A stretch of DNA of 64,000 nucleotides from contig JAFZPJ010000053.1 in assembly GCA_017550385.1 (NCBI GenBank), forward strand, positions 32,683 through 96,682, read 5' to 3'. This DNA is from Clostridiales bacterium (lineage in GTDB: Bacteria > Bacillota > Clostridia > Saccharofermentanales > Saccharofermentanaceae). A model generated the notes under the pieces. That model was not told the DNA's origin and ran no database searches. It saw only the letters and a list, made by a program, of their open reading frames with translations. The position numbers and the translations under genes were made by a program. Positions 7,853 through 17,725 of the stretch are shown here, in pieces; position 1 is the first letter of the stretch, and each line of letters opens with the position of its first letter.

Positions 7853-8716
7853 ATGAGAAGATATGCCCCCGCTTTGATCTGCATGATCTTATGCACCGTT
7901 TTACTGTGTTCCTGCTCGGTAAAGAGCAAGGGCGCACTGATCTCTTATGCGAAGAGTGAATACGGCCCGTGTGAGTACGTAAAAGAAGAAGTCAAAGGCA
8001 CCGGCAACGATAAGGTCCGGACAATCTGGCTGATCGACAAAGATACAGGCATTGAGTACACGGTTACTTCAAGAATGCAGGATATGAATATCGACGGAAG
8101 CAGCTTCGGTTATACGGAATACACCAGCTCGGACTTCCCGAACCTTTACTGGGATTATGTCATAGATAATGCGCAGGACGACTTGGACGAGATAGCGGAA
8201 GAAAACGATGTCGATATGAGCCAGCTTTCCAAAGTGCTGTTCAATGGCAGACCTTCTTCCGGACAGGCTGAAGCTGTGGCAGAGGCCGTTTTCGATACCA
8301 TAAAGGAATACGATGTGAAGGGTCTGTTAGAACCGACGATCCCGGTATATGCGGAGAACGAGAAGGTGTTCCTTGGTATTCTGGACGGCGAGACGGGCGA
8401 GTGGTGCGCGAACGATTCCTATAAGGTTATCGATTATGTTGTAAGCGTGTTCCCCGATGCAGAGTATTTGTCTGACATATACGGCATCACGGAATCATAT
8501 GTTAATAGGGATGACCTTGACAGTCTGGTGGCAAAAGGCGCAAAGGAGTCGGGCGAATCCAATGTGGAATTCTACTTCTTCTCCGAACCAAAATACGGGA
8601 AACTGATCGCATTCGACATGGAAGAGATCGGCCTGGACGGTGTGTTCATCGGAACATACGAGAACTACGGCGCAGGCGAGACCTTGGACTGCGATGCGCT
8701 GGGAATACATCCGTAA
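7853..8716 (+). CDS. Hypothetical lipoprotein
   Basis: AAGGAG RBS before ATG 7853; lipobox LLCSC; acidic soluble domain. Confidence 0.7.
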   Translation: MRRYAPALICMILCTVLLCSCSVKSKGALISYAKSEYGPCEYVKEEVKGTGNDKVRTIWLIDKDTGIEYTVTSRMQDMNIDGSSFGYTEYTSSDFPNLYWDYVIDNAQDDLDEIAEENDVDMSQLSKVLFNGRPSSGQAEAVAEAVFDTIKEYDVKGLLEPTIPVYAENEKVFLGILDGETGEWCANDSYKVIDYVVSVFPDAEYLSDIYGITESYVNRDDLDSLVAKGAKESGESNVEFYFFSEPKYGKLIAFDMEEIGLDGVFIGTYENYGAGETLDCDALGIHP

Positions 8717-8783
8717 AGATTGAAAATCCCATATTAAGCATTAAAATGGTAGATACCGAAAACGAACTATTGGGAGATGGATT

Positions 8784-9986
8784 ATGAGACTTCAGAGAAT
8801 CATCAACAGCCTGCTCGAGACTGACATGTACAAGTTCAGCATGGGCCAGGCAATATTCCACCAGTTTACCGACTACAGGACCACATGGACCTTCAGGTGC
8901 AGGAACAAGGACGTAAAGTTCACGCCCGAGATGGTCGAGGAGATCAAGGACCAGATCAAGGCATACTGTGACCTCAGGTTCAACGAGGAGGAACTCGATT
9001 ACCTCCAGAGCATCGTTTGGATCAAGAGCTCATACGTATCATTCCTCAGGCTCTGGAAGCCGAGATATGATGACTTCACAATCACGACGGATGCAGAGTG
9101 CGGCCTGGCCATCGAGACGACAGGAACATGGCTTAATACATCCATGTACGAGATCCCCACTCTCGCTATCGTAAACGAAGTTTACTTCCGCATGCAGTAC
9201 GATTACGATGCGCTTATGGATTCTTTCCGCCGCAAGCTCGACGACAAGATCGCCAAGCTCCAGTCAGGCGAATGGAACATCGGAGTGTTCAGCGAGTTCG
9301 GCCTCAGAAGAAGACTCTCGGGCGAAGCGCAGGACCTCGCTGTCAAGGAACTCTGCTCGAAGGACCTCGGTGCATCACGCTGTGTCGGTACATCCAACGT
9401 CTACCTCGCGATGAAGCACAAAGTTACCCCTGTCGGCACGATGGCTCACGAGTGGATCATGTGCGTAGGCCAGGGCAACCACAAGCACAATCCCGCATAC
9501 TCCAACTGGTATGCGCTTGACTGCTGGGTCAAGGAATACGGTATCCTTAACGGAACTGCGCTCACGGACGCTATTACTACTGACTGCTTCCTTAGAGACT
9601 TCAAGCTTACATACGCCACTCTCTACAGCGGCGTAAGGCACGACAGCGGCGATCCGTATGAGTGGGGCGATAAGATGATCGCGCACTACGAGTCGCTCGG
9701 CATCGATCCCAAGACAAAGACGCTGCTGTTCTCCGACAGCCTCAACTTCGCGAAAGCAACTGCGATCTACGACTACTTCAAGGATAAGGCCAAGGTCGCA
9801 TTCGGCATCGGCACCTACATCGCCAACGATACTGATGCAGAGCCTCTGAACATCGTCATGAAGACTACGGTCTGCAACGGCATGGACGTTGCCAAGGTAT
9901 CCGATTCCGAAGGCAAGGGAATGTGCAAGAATCCCGATTACGTCGAGTATCTCGAACGCTGCATCAAGTGGAGGATGGAACACTAA
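8784..9986 (+). CDS. pncB: Nicotinate phosphoribosyltransferase
   Basis: LLETDMYKFSM, EFGLRRR, GTSNV, GTMAHEW, GVRHDSGDP, FSDSL, FGIGT motifs. Confidence 0.95.
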   Translation: MRLQRIINSLLETDMYKFSMGQAIFHQFTDYRTTWTFRCRNKDVKFTPEMVEEIKDQIKAYCDLRFNEEELDYLQSIVWIKSSYVSFLRLWKPRYDDFTITTDAECGLAIETTGTWLNTSMYEIPTLAIVNEVYFRMQYDYDALMDSFRRKLDDKIAKLQSGEWNIGVFSEFGLRRRLSGEAQDLAVKELCSKDLGASRCVGTSNVYLAMKHKVTPVGTMAHEWIMCVGQGNHKHNPAYSNWYALDCWVKEYGILNGTALTDAITTDCFLRDFKLTYATLYSGVRHDSGDPYEWGDKMIAHYESLGIDPKTKTLLFSDSLNFAKATAIYDYFKDKAKVAFGIGTYIANDTDAEPLNIVMKTTVCNGMDVAKVSDSEGKGMCKNPDYVEYLERCIKWRMEH

Positions 9987-9994
9987 GCAAGAAT

Positions 9995-10022
9995 AAAGGC
10001 TCCCGGACGGGAGCCTTTTTTG
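9995..10022. terminator. Bidirectional intrinsic terminator
   Basis: aaaggctcccg-ga-cgggagccttttt between convergent genes. Confidence 0.8.
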
Positions 10023-10041
10023 ATCCGTCTGTCTTAAGGTA

Positions 10042-10905
10042 TTACCAATCCGAATCCCAGTCCGAGTCATACGAATCGTAACTGTCGTAGTCGTAATCCC
10101 AGTCGTCGTCGTCCCAGCTGTTGTCATCCCAGCTGTCACCGCTGTCATAGTCGCCCGACGAGTAGGCTTCGGTCGGATACTCTTCGATGTCGCCTGCGTA
10201 GTCGCTGTCGAGGCTGGAGTAATCCTTGGCTTCGAAGTAATCGTTATAGTTCTCTTCGAGCCTGTCGGGAGCATCGTAATCCCTTACCCACTCACCGTCA
10301 TCGTCCGGTGTGTACCAGCCGCCGCCGGTGTAGTAATAAGGCGTTCCCTTGTAATCGTAGTAACCCTTCTTCGGTGTCTTCGCATCGTCGATGATCATGC
10401 TGACGAAAGCGATTCCGAAGACGAGGAAGATAAAGATGGCGATCGCATAAGCTATGATCGTGGAACAGCCGAGCTTCTTCTTCCTTCTCTGTGCCGGCCT
10501 CGGGCTGCTGTAAGTATTTGCCGTTCCTTTATTCAGATCGGCCTGCTTGCGGTCCAGGACCTCGGCCTTCAGCTTCTGGTAGAGTTCGTTGACCGCATAT
10601 GCCTCGTCTGCGCCCTGGTAACGTATGGCGCGCGTACCGTCTGCCTTGTTCTTGTAGACGACGCAGTTGCCGTTGCTCTCCTTGTAGATACCGAATGCGC
10701 GCGGCTCCTTGTAATCTACGCCGACGAAGAAACGCATCTTCTCCAGCGGGATGTTGTTGGCTGCCGCGAAAGCCTGCAGCTCCTCGATCGTTTTCGGGAC
10801 CTGGTTGCCGCTGCGCTGCATGTGCTGGTTGACCGCGCCGCAGTTAGGACACTTCTCCAGAGTATCGTCTATGGCGCTTCCGCAATAATCGCAAAAAGTC
10901 TTCAT
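10042..10905 (-). CDS. Zinc-ribbon membrane protein with Asp/Ser/Trp-rich C-terminus
   Basis: CDYCG...CPNCG N-terminus, one TM helix, C-terminal DSDWDSDW; GGGGGA RBS before ATG 10905. Confidence 0.75.
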   Translation of the reverse strand: MKTFCDYCGSAIDDTLEKCPNCGAVNQHMQRSGNQVPKTIEELQAFAAANNIPLEKMRFFVGVDYKEPRAFGIYKESNGNCVVYKNKADGTRAIRYQGADEAYAVNELYQKLKAEVLDRKQADLNKGTANTYSSPRPAQRRKKKLGCSTIIAYAIAIFIFLVFGIAFVSMIIDDAKTPKKGYYDYKGTPYYYTGGGWYTPDDDGEWVRDYDAPDRLEENYNDYFEAKDYSSLDSDYAGDIEEYPTEAYSSGDYDSGDSWDDNSWDDDDWDYDYDSYDSYDSDWDSDW

Positions 10906-10958
10906 ACTATCCCCCCTTTCCCTGCCGTGATTATACCACACGGCGGGTGCCTGATGCC

Positions 10959-11873
10959 TTACCCGAAGAGCTGGCGTTCGCGCTTGTAGTACACCGCGGA
11001 TGCAACGGATGCGATGAAGCCTCCGCAGGACACGTCAGAGAGGAAATGCGCACCGAGCACCATCCTCGAGGCAAGCACGATGAATCCGAATACGAAGCCT
11101 ATGGCAAAAAGCGTAGTCAGCCTCTTCCTGAGCGCGGGAACAACGGCAGCGAGTCCCGGCAGGATCGCGATGCTCGCGACGGCATTGGCGGTGTGTCCGC
11201 TCGGGAAGGATTTGAAGTTGTCTGAGTATATGCCGAACGTCTCTATGAGTTCGTCCTTGTTCTTGATCGGGTCGTACCATGCGTGGAAGTCCACGCCTTC
11301 GATGTGCTCCTGGATCAGCCTGAACCTGGGGCGCGGCATACCGGTCTTGATGACCTCATAGATAATGAGCATTATGGTCATGGTGTTGAGTATGAGGATG
11401 ATCCTTCTTCCCAAGGTCGGATCGTTATTGCGCCTGCCGAGGATGAAGCCCAGCACTGCCAGAGGCAGGAAAACAAACAGGAATACGATGGTCATCAGCG
11501 GAATGGTCCTGTGGACCTCCGGGAAGATGCCGCCTAAGTTATTGATATCGAGGAGGGAGCCGCCGGAGACCAGCATGATGACTACTGCGAGGAAGATCAC
11601 GAACGTGCTGTATAAGATGCGGCGTTTCTCGTTTGCGACCTTCATGGCCTGGCTCAGTGCCGCGCCCAGATAGAATGAGTATGCCCCGCAGAATACATAT
11701 ATGCCCAGAGAGGATATGGCGAGGGCAGGGATGTTGCCTCCCGAGAAGACCGCAGACGCTATGGGGTGATCGAAGAATGTGCCTATGACAAACGTGACTG
11801 CAAAGAATGCAGCCATACAGACAGATATCCTGCCGGCCATCCTGCCGAATCTCAAACTGTTGTCGCCTGTCAT
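10959..11873 (-). CDS. PAP2-family membrane phosphatase
   Basis: KTGMPRPR, SFPSGHT, SRMVLGAHFLSDV motifs; multiple TMs. Confidence 0.9.
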   Translation of the reverse strand: MTGDNSLRFGRMAGRISVCMAAFFAVTFVIGTFFDHPIASAVFSGGNIPALAISSLGIYVFCGAYSFYLGAALSQAMKVANEKRRILYSTFVIFLAVVIMLVSGGSLLDINNLGGIFPEVHRTIPLMTIVFLFVFLPLAVLGFILGRRNNDPTLGRRIILILNTMTIMLIIYEVIKTGMPRPRFRLIQEHIEGVDFHAWYDPIKNKDELIETFGIYSDNFKSFPSGHTANAVASIAILPGLAAVVPALRKRLTTLFAIGFVFGFIVLASRMVLGAHFLSDVSCGGFIASVASAVYYKRERQLFG

Positions 11874-11924
11874 GGTTTACCCCCCGTAAGAGTATACACT
11901 TATCAGGCTTTTTGCGCTTGTCCG

Positions 11925-11941
11925 TGTAACACGAATGTAAC
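11925..11941. promoter_or_regulatory. OmpR/WalR-type direct repeat
   Basis: TGTAAC-acgaa-TGTAAC (fits TGTWAH-N5-TGTWAH) in the divergent intergenic region. Confidence 0.5.
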
Positions 11942-12040
11942 CGCTGCCACAGTTTTGCCAGTCTTTTGCCCATTGATTGTCGGAAATTGAGGCGTTTTCT
12001 GCTTTATCCTCTACACCCGTAAACCAAAGGAGTGATCAAA

Positions 12041-12256
12041 ATGTATGATACAGCGAACTACAGCTACAGCAATGAAGACAGGAAACCGGTATTTACCTCA
12101 GCGATAATCGCGCTCGCGAGCATCTGCCTCCTCGTCGCTTTCGGTTTTGCGGCAAATCAGTTCCTCGGATACATGGGAGGCAAAGCCTCAAGGACAGTCG
12201 GAACCGAAGAATACTCAGCATTCATGATCGAAGATGTCGTAAAACCCGCCGAGTAA
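12041..12256 (+). CDS. Small single-TM hypothetical protein
   Basis: AAGGAG RBS, ATG 12041, one hydrophobic helix. Confidence 0.65.
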   Translation: MYDTANYSYSNEDRKPVFTSAIIALASICLLVAFGFAANQFLGYMGGKASRTVGTEEYSAFMIEDVVKPAE

Positions 12257-12336
12257 CAATGTTAAATCATTGATAAACAAAATCCCTTTGTGCTATTGTT
12301 AGCATTAGTTATAACAATAAGTACGAGGGGCCCCGG

Positions 12337-13383
12337 GTGAAGAAGCAAAAGGTAAACAGGAACAGGCTGTTCTTATGGATCTTGTCTGTATCAACGATAG
12401 TTCTGCTTGCCTTGACCATCGTGGGGCTTATCTATTTCTATTATCAGGTCGACACATATCAGGTCTCGGGAATCGAAGACTATCAGACCTATTCAAGACT
12501 TTATGTTTATATCGCAGACAGCCCGGACAGCACCGTATCGGACAATCTGTATCAGGATCTCAAAGATTACGGCCTCCAGTACGACTGCTACGTCGAGCGT
12601 CTGGGAGATGATCTTGTGACGAGCTACACCAAGGAAGAACTCATTGATATAGCCATCCAATCCAAGGTATCCGGAATAATCCTCGAAGGCGACGATTCGG
12701 ATGAGACGGCAGCGCTCATCGATAAGGCCGCTGCTGCCGGCATACCCGTAATAACGGTAATGACCGATGCGCCCAACTCCAGCCGCTGCAGCTTCATAGG
12801 AATGAATAACTACAGCGCTGGTACCGAGTACGGCAATCTCGTGCTCACGGCGGCATCCTACGACGGTAAGCCGGGTGTCAAGGCGCTCGTCCTCATGAGC
12901 TCCGGAGACAGCAACGAGAGCGCTCTCTACATGGCGATCCAGGAGAGGCTGAACGGAAGCAACATAGCCTTAAGTTCCGCAGTAATCGAATCAGACTCCG
13001 CATTCAGCGCGGAAGAGAAGATCATCGACATACTGGACGAATACGATTCGATTCCGGACATCATCGTATGTCTCAGTGATATCAACACCAGGTGTGCCTA
13101 CCAGTACATCGTCGACAAGAACCTCGTCGGCATTACCACCGTAATCGGATACTACGATTCGGATACGGTGCTCGAAGGCATCGAGAGAGGCGCGATCGAA
13201 GCGACGTTCAGCGTTGATACCGAGCAGGTCGCCAAGTACTGCGTGGATGCCCTTAACGAGTATTACGAGATGGGCAACGTCAGCGGATATTTCGATACCA
13301 ACTATGTCCTTATCAACAAGAGCAACGTGTCCGAGTATATCAACGCGGATGACGGGGAGGAGGTAACGGATGAGACGGCTTAG
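12337..13383 (+). CDS. Membrane-anchored sugar-binding sensor protein (XylFII-like, periplasmic binding protein type 1)
   Basis: N-terminal TM; AIQSKVSGIILEG...LIDKAAAAGIPVITVMTDAP fold; overlaps the LytS-type kinase gene. Confidence 0.82.
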   Translation: MKKQKVNRNRLFLWILSVSTIVLLALTIVGLIYFYYQVDTYQVSGIEDYQTYSRLYVYIADSPDSTVSDNLYQDLKDYGLQYDCYVERLGDDLVTSYTKEELIDIAIQSKVSGIILEGDDSDETAALIDKAAAAGIPVITVMTDAPNSSRCSFIGMNNYSAGTEYGNLVLTAASYDGKPGVKALVLMSSGDSNESALYMAIQERLNGSNIALSSAVIESDSAFSAEEKIIDILDEYDSIPDIIVCLSDINTRCAYQYIVDKNLVGITTVIGYYDSDTVLEGIERGAIEATFSVDTEQVAKYCVDALNEYYEMGNVSGYFDTNYVLINKSNVSEYINADDGEEVTDETA

Positions 13384-14878
13384 AGAACGCCTCCGCCACC
13401 TTAAGATAAGGTATAAGCTGGTATTCATATTCCTCGTGACCTCGATGATCGCGTTCGGAGTAAACCTGTTCGTGTATCTTAACCTCAACCGCATGCTCTC
13501 AAGGATCGACGCGGTCTATTCGACCAACATCAGCCTGAACGATCTGTCCGATGATCTTACGCAGGTACAGACCGGTCTTACGGGCTTCCTCGAGACGAAG
13601 AGTACCGATGACCTCGAGCTTTACTATAAATATTCGCAGGAAGTGGCCGTCGAGATACAGCAGCTCAACAACCTTCCGACGGACAATGTCTATAAGCTCC
13701 GCGAGCGCAACATCCGCAAGCTCGCCGAGACCTATCTGCTGACAGCGGAGAACGCCGTCAAGGCAAAGCGCGGACGCAACATCGAGAAATACACCCAGTA
13801 CTACAAAGAGTGCTCCGAGATGTACGACGTGCTGGGCACGTACATATACAGCCTTAACAACGAGACGTTCCGCATCAACTCCGAGAGCTTCAACACCTTG
13901 ATAGCATCGCTCAGGTATTCGGAGGTCCTGTGTCTGTCGATCTTCGTTATCGTCTCACTCATGAATGTCCTTCTCATCGTCCTCCTTACCGGCACCATCA
14001 CCAGGCCGCTTACGAGCCTGTCCGACAAGGCGAACGAGATCTCGAGGGGTGGCCTCGAAAACGTCGAGCCCCTCAAGATCCACTCCAACGACGAGGTCGG
14101 CAACGTTACCCGTGCGTTCAACCAGATGCTCGCGAGCATCAAGGAATACATAGCCAAGATCAGAGAACAGATGGTCACCGAGAGTGCCATGAAGGAGAAG
14201 AGCCTTCTCATGGAGAACCACCTCAAGGATGCCCAGCTCAAGTATCTTCAGGCGCAGATCAATCCGCACTTCCTGTTCAACACCCTCAATGCCGGTGCGC
14301 AGCTCGCGATGGTCGAAGGGGCTGACAGGACGGGCGAGTACATCAGCAACATGGCGGATTTTTTCCGCTATAATGTCAAGAAGGATAACGAACAGGTCAA
14401 GATCTCGGAAGAGATAGAACTCGTCGACAGCTATATCTACATCATGAATGTAAGATATTCGGGCGAGATAAAGTTCTCCAAGGATATAGACGAGAACCTT
14501 ACCGGAGTCGTCATACCGAGCATGATAATCCAGCCTATCGTCGAGAACTCCGTCAAGTACGGCATCATGAACCTCGAGGACAGACAGGGACAGATCACGC
14601 TCTCGCTCTACGAGGAAGACGGTTATGCCTGCATCGAAGTCAGCGACAACGGTACCGGCATGGACGAGCAGCTGATAGAAGACATCCTCGCAAGGAAGCC
14701 TCACGGCGTTACCAGCGGCGAACCTGCCGAGGAGAAGAGCGTAGGTCTTGCGAACGTTATCTCGAGGCTTGATATCTTTTTCGACAAGAAGGAGAAGATC
14801 GAGATCAAGAGCACATTGGGAGAGGGTACCAGTGTGATCATCAGAATACCGATGGAGAAGGAACAATGTACAGAATAA
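13370..14878 (+). CDS. YesM/LytS-type sensor histidine kinase
   Basis: HAMP domain, LQAQINPHFLFNTLN, QPIVENSVKYG, DNGTG. Confidence 0.93.
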   Translation: MRRLRERLRHLKIRYKLVFIFLVTSMIAFGVNLFVYLNLNRMLSRIDAVYSTNISLNDLSDDLTQVQTGLTGFLETKSTDDLELYYKYSQEVAVEIQQLNNLPTDNVYKLRERNIRKLAETYLLTAENAVKAKRGRNIEKYTQYYKECSEMYDVLGTYIYSLNNETFRINSESFNTLIASLRYSEVLCLSIFVIVSLMNVLLIVLLTGTITRPLTSLSDKANEISRGGLENVEPLKIHSNDEVGNVTRAFNQMLASIKEYIAKIREQMVTESAMKEKSLLMENHLKDAQLKYLQAQINPHFLFNTLNAGAQLAMVEGADRTGEYISNMADFFRYNVKKDNEQVKISEEIELVDSYIYIMNVRYSGEIKFSKDIDENLTGVVIPSMIIQPIVENSVKYGIMNLEDRQGQITLSLYEEDGYACIEVSDNGTGMDEQLIEDILARKPHGVTSGEPAEEKSVGLANVISRLDIFFDKKEKIEIKSTLGEGTSVIIRIPMEKEQCTE

Positions 14879-16464
14879 TGCTTGCCGATGATGAGGGCAT
14901 CGTCATCGATTCACTTAAATACATAATCGAGAACAGCTTTCCCGGAAGTTTTGAGATCGAGACTGCAAAGACGGGAAGAAGCGTTATCGAACTTGCTGAG
15001 ACATTCCGCCCCGACATAGCGTTCATGGACATCCAGATGCCGGGCATCAACGGCATCGACGCGATGCGCGAGATCAGGAAGACCAACTCCAAGACGGTGT
15101 TCATAGTGCTGTCCGCGTACGATAAGTTTGACTACGCCAAAGAGGCGATAGACATGGGCGTGCTCGCTTACCTGAACAAGCCCTTTGACAAGAAGAAGAT
15201 AACCGACGTCCTTACCAAGGCCATGGCCGAGGTCGACAAGGAGCGCCAGTCCCGTAAGGAAGAGCTCGAGATCAAGGAGAAGTTCGAGACCATCATGCCG
15301 ATCATCGAGAACGGCCTGATACAGGACCTCCTGTTCCACGAGCATTTCCAGGAGAACATAGACAACTATATGTCGCTGCTCGGGATATCGGAGAAGTTCG
15401 GCTACATGCTGGTCATCGTCAGCGGCAAGGAGCAGGTCGGCAACTATCTGACCGGCGCGGTTCCCGCCAGCATCGAAACACAGAAGAACTATACGGACAT
15501 AAGACTGATCATCGAGGATTATTTCAAAGGCGTCATCGGTTCCGTAATGGGCAATAAGCTTCCGGTGCTGATACCTTATGACAAGGACGAGCTCTCGTAT
15601 GCCAAGCGTTCGGAGATAGTCGAGCAGGCAAGGCAGATGAGCCACAGGCTGGATGACCGCCTCGGAATGAACTTCAGGATCGGAATAGGAAGCGTCCGTC
15701 CGATCAGGGCGATGGCCGATTCATACAGTGAAGCTCTGGCATGCCTTGTGAACTCCGAAGAGAGAGTCGCTCACTCGGACGATGTCAGGGTGGGATGCGA
15801 ATACGAAGATGATTACCCGATGAACTACGAGAAGGACCTCTTCGCTGCCGTTCAGGCCGGTGACGTTCAGACTGCCGAGACCGAAGCGACCAGATTCTTC
15901 GACTGGATGAAGAACAGTTCCGGCGGTTCGCTGTCTGACATAAGGCTCAAGGTACTGGAGTTCGTTCTCTGGGCAGAGCATCTGGCATACAGCAAGGGCG
16001 GTCACCTGTACAGGTTCAAGGGCAGGAGCGAATACCTTCCCGAGGTCTGTTCGATCACGAGTCTCGATTCGCTCAGACTATGGTTCATAAAGCACATTGA
16101 GAGCGCGGTCGTGATGATCAATTCGTCGAACGTCGATTCCCAGGCCGATGCGGTTACGAAGGCAAAGGAGTATATCGATACGCACTACGCCCAGGACCTC
16201 TCGCTCGAGGGCATGTCGAGACAGACGGACATCAGCCCGTACTACTTCAGCAAACTGTTCAAGCACAAGACCGGCGTCACCTTCATAGACTACCTTACGA
16301 ACTTGAGGATCGAGAAAGCCAAGGAGCTCCTCGCCGATCCTTCCAAGTCCATGAAGGAGATCTGCAGCGAGGTAGGATACAGCGATCCGAACTATTTCTC
16401 CAGGATATTCAAGAAAGTAACCGGCAAGACACCGACAGAATACAAGGACGGGCTCAAACTATGA
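14866..16464 (+). CDS. YesN-type response regulator (REC + AraC HTH)
   Basis: MLADDE, FMDIQMPGINGI, C-terminal YFSKLFK...VGYSDPNYFSRIFKK. Confidence 0.94.
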   Translation: MYRIMLADDEGIVIDSLKYIIENSFPGSFEIETAKTGRSVIELAETFRPDIAFMDIQMPGINGIDAMREIRKTNSKTVFIVLSAYDKFDYAKEAIDMGVLAYLNKPFDKKKITDVLTKAMAEVDKERQSRKEELEIKEKFETIMPIIENGLIQDLLFHEHFQENIDNYMSLLGISEKFGYMLVIVSGKEQVGNYLTGAVPASIETQKNYTDIRLIIEDYFKGVIGSVMGNKLPVLIPYDKDELSYAKRSEIVEQARQMSHRLDDRLGMNFRIGIGSVRPIRAMADSYSEALACLVNSEERVAHSDDVRVGCEYEDDYPMNYEKDLFAAVQAGDVQTAETEATRFFDWMKNSSGGSLSDIRLKVLEFVLWAEHLAYSKGGHLYRFKGRSEYLPEVCSITSLDSLRLWFIKHIESAVVMINSSNVDSQADAVTKAKEYIDTHYAQDLSLEGMSRQTDISPYYFSKLFKHKTGVTFIDYLTNLRIEKAKELLADPSKSMKEICSEVGYSDPNYFSRIFKKVTGKTPTEYKDGLKL

Positions 16465-17555
16465 GAAAGATACGCAATACGGTAGCAGCAGTAATGGCTG
16501 CGCTCTTCATCTTCCTCGGCACTGCATGCGGCAAAGACCAGAAGAGCCCGATAGTGGCAGCATCCCAGAAGGCTGACGATGTCCTTACGATAGGATTGAG
16601 CTTCGACTCTTATGTTATCGAGAGATGGACCAGAGACCGCGACGTCTTCTGTGCCACGGCGAACGAGCTCGGTGCAGAGGTCAACGTCCAGTCCGCAAAC
16701 GGCGAGATGGAGACCCAGATATCACAGATAGAATACTTTATAGGCATTGGCGTGGATGCGATAGTCATCGTTACCATCGATGCCGACGGACTGACGGATG
16801 CTATCAAGGCCGCCAAGGATGCGGGCATACCCGTTATCTGCTACGACCGTATCGTCCGCAATGCCAACGCCGATCTCTATATCTCCTTCGACAACGTTGC
16901 CGTAGGGACCAACATGGCAGAATCCATCTGCGCGGACATAGGCGAAGAAGGCAATATCGTCGAGATCATGGGTCCCGAGAGCGATTACAACGTAGCCCAG
17001 GTCATGGAGGGCTTCGAGGCAGTCTGCGAAGAGTATAACGAGAACATCCTTCTCACATACAACTGCGACAACTGGCGTGCGGAACTCGCATATGAGTTCG
17101 TCAACGACAACATCGAAGTGATCTCTGAGGCCGATGCCATCATGTGCGGCAACGACGCGCTGGCAGGTGAGGCCGTACACGCACTGGCCGAGTGGGGACT
17201 GGCCGGCAAGATCAAGGTCGTCGGACAGGATGCCGAACTCGAGGCTTGCCAGAGGATCGTAGAGGGTACGCAGCTCATGACGGTATACAAGCCCGTCGAG
17301 AAGCTTGCCAAGCTGGCGGCGGAGTACGCCGTTAAGCTCGCCAAGGGCGAAGACATCGGCGTTGACGTTCTCTTCAACGACGGAACATATGACATTCCAT
17401 ACGTGGCCATCGAGCCGGTAGCGGTCGATCAGGACAATCTTGACGAGATCATCATCGACAGCGGATTCCACATGAAGGAAGACGTTTATATGAATATAGA
17501 GAAGGAAGAAGATACGGAGACGGAGACCGTCGACGCGTCCGATCCGACCGAGTAG
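16461..17555 (+). CDS. XylF-like sugar-binding lipoprotein
   Basis: Lipobox GTAC; ERWTRDRDVF, VICYDR, GQDAELEAC...MTVYKP as in XylF. Confidence 0.85.
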   Translation: MRKIRNTVAAVMAALFIFLGTACGKDQKSPIVAASQKADDVLTIGLSFDSYVIERWTRDRDVFCATANELGAEVNVQSANGEMETQISQIEYFIGIGVDAIVIVTIDADGLTDAIKAAKDAGIPVICYDRIVRNANADLYISFDNVAVGTNMAESICADIGEEGNIVEIMGPESDYNVAQVMEGFEAVCEEYNENILLTYNCDNWRAELAYEFVNDNIEVISEADAIMCGNDALAGEAVHALAEWGLAGKIKVVGQDAELEACQRIVEGTQLMTVYKPVEKLAKLAAEYAVKLAKGEDIGVDVLFNDGTYDIPYVAIEPVAVDQDNLDEIIIDSGFHMKEDVYMNIEKEEDTETETVDASDPTE

Positions 17556-17725
17556 CACAAATCAGACTTCTTTTACACCATCACTGCAAAATTATGCTAA
17601 CAACCGTTTGCGCATTGGTGATTTGTGCTAAAAATTACAGAATTTCGATATGATTTTCCTACACTCCTAATGATAAGTTGTAATCGGTGATAGCTCACCA
17701 ATTAAATTTTTAGGAGGAATTTCTG

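Noticed and set aside
12259-12317. Rex-like palindromes upstream of the sugar-sensor operon
   Set aside because: Several mismatches or wrong spacing in an AT-rich region.
17553-17630. 12-bp inverted repeat TAGCACAAATCA/TGATTTGTGCTA upstream of chvE
   Set aside because: Long loop and no U-tract; cannot distinguish an operator from chance, and no YesN site could be assigned.
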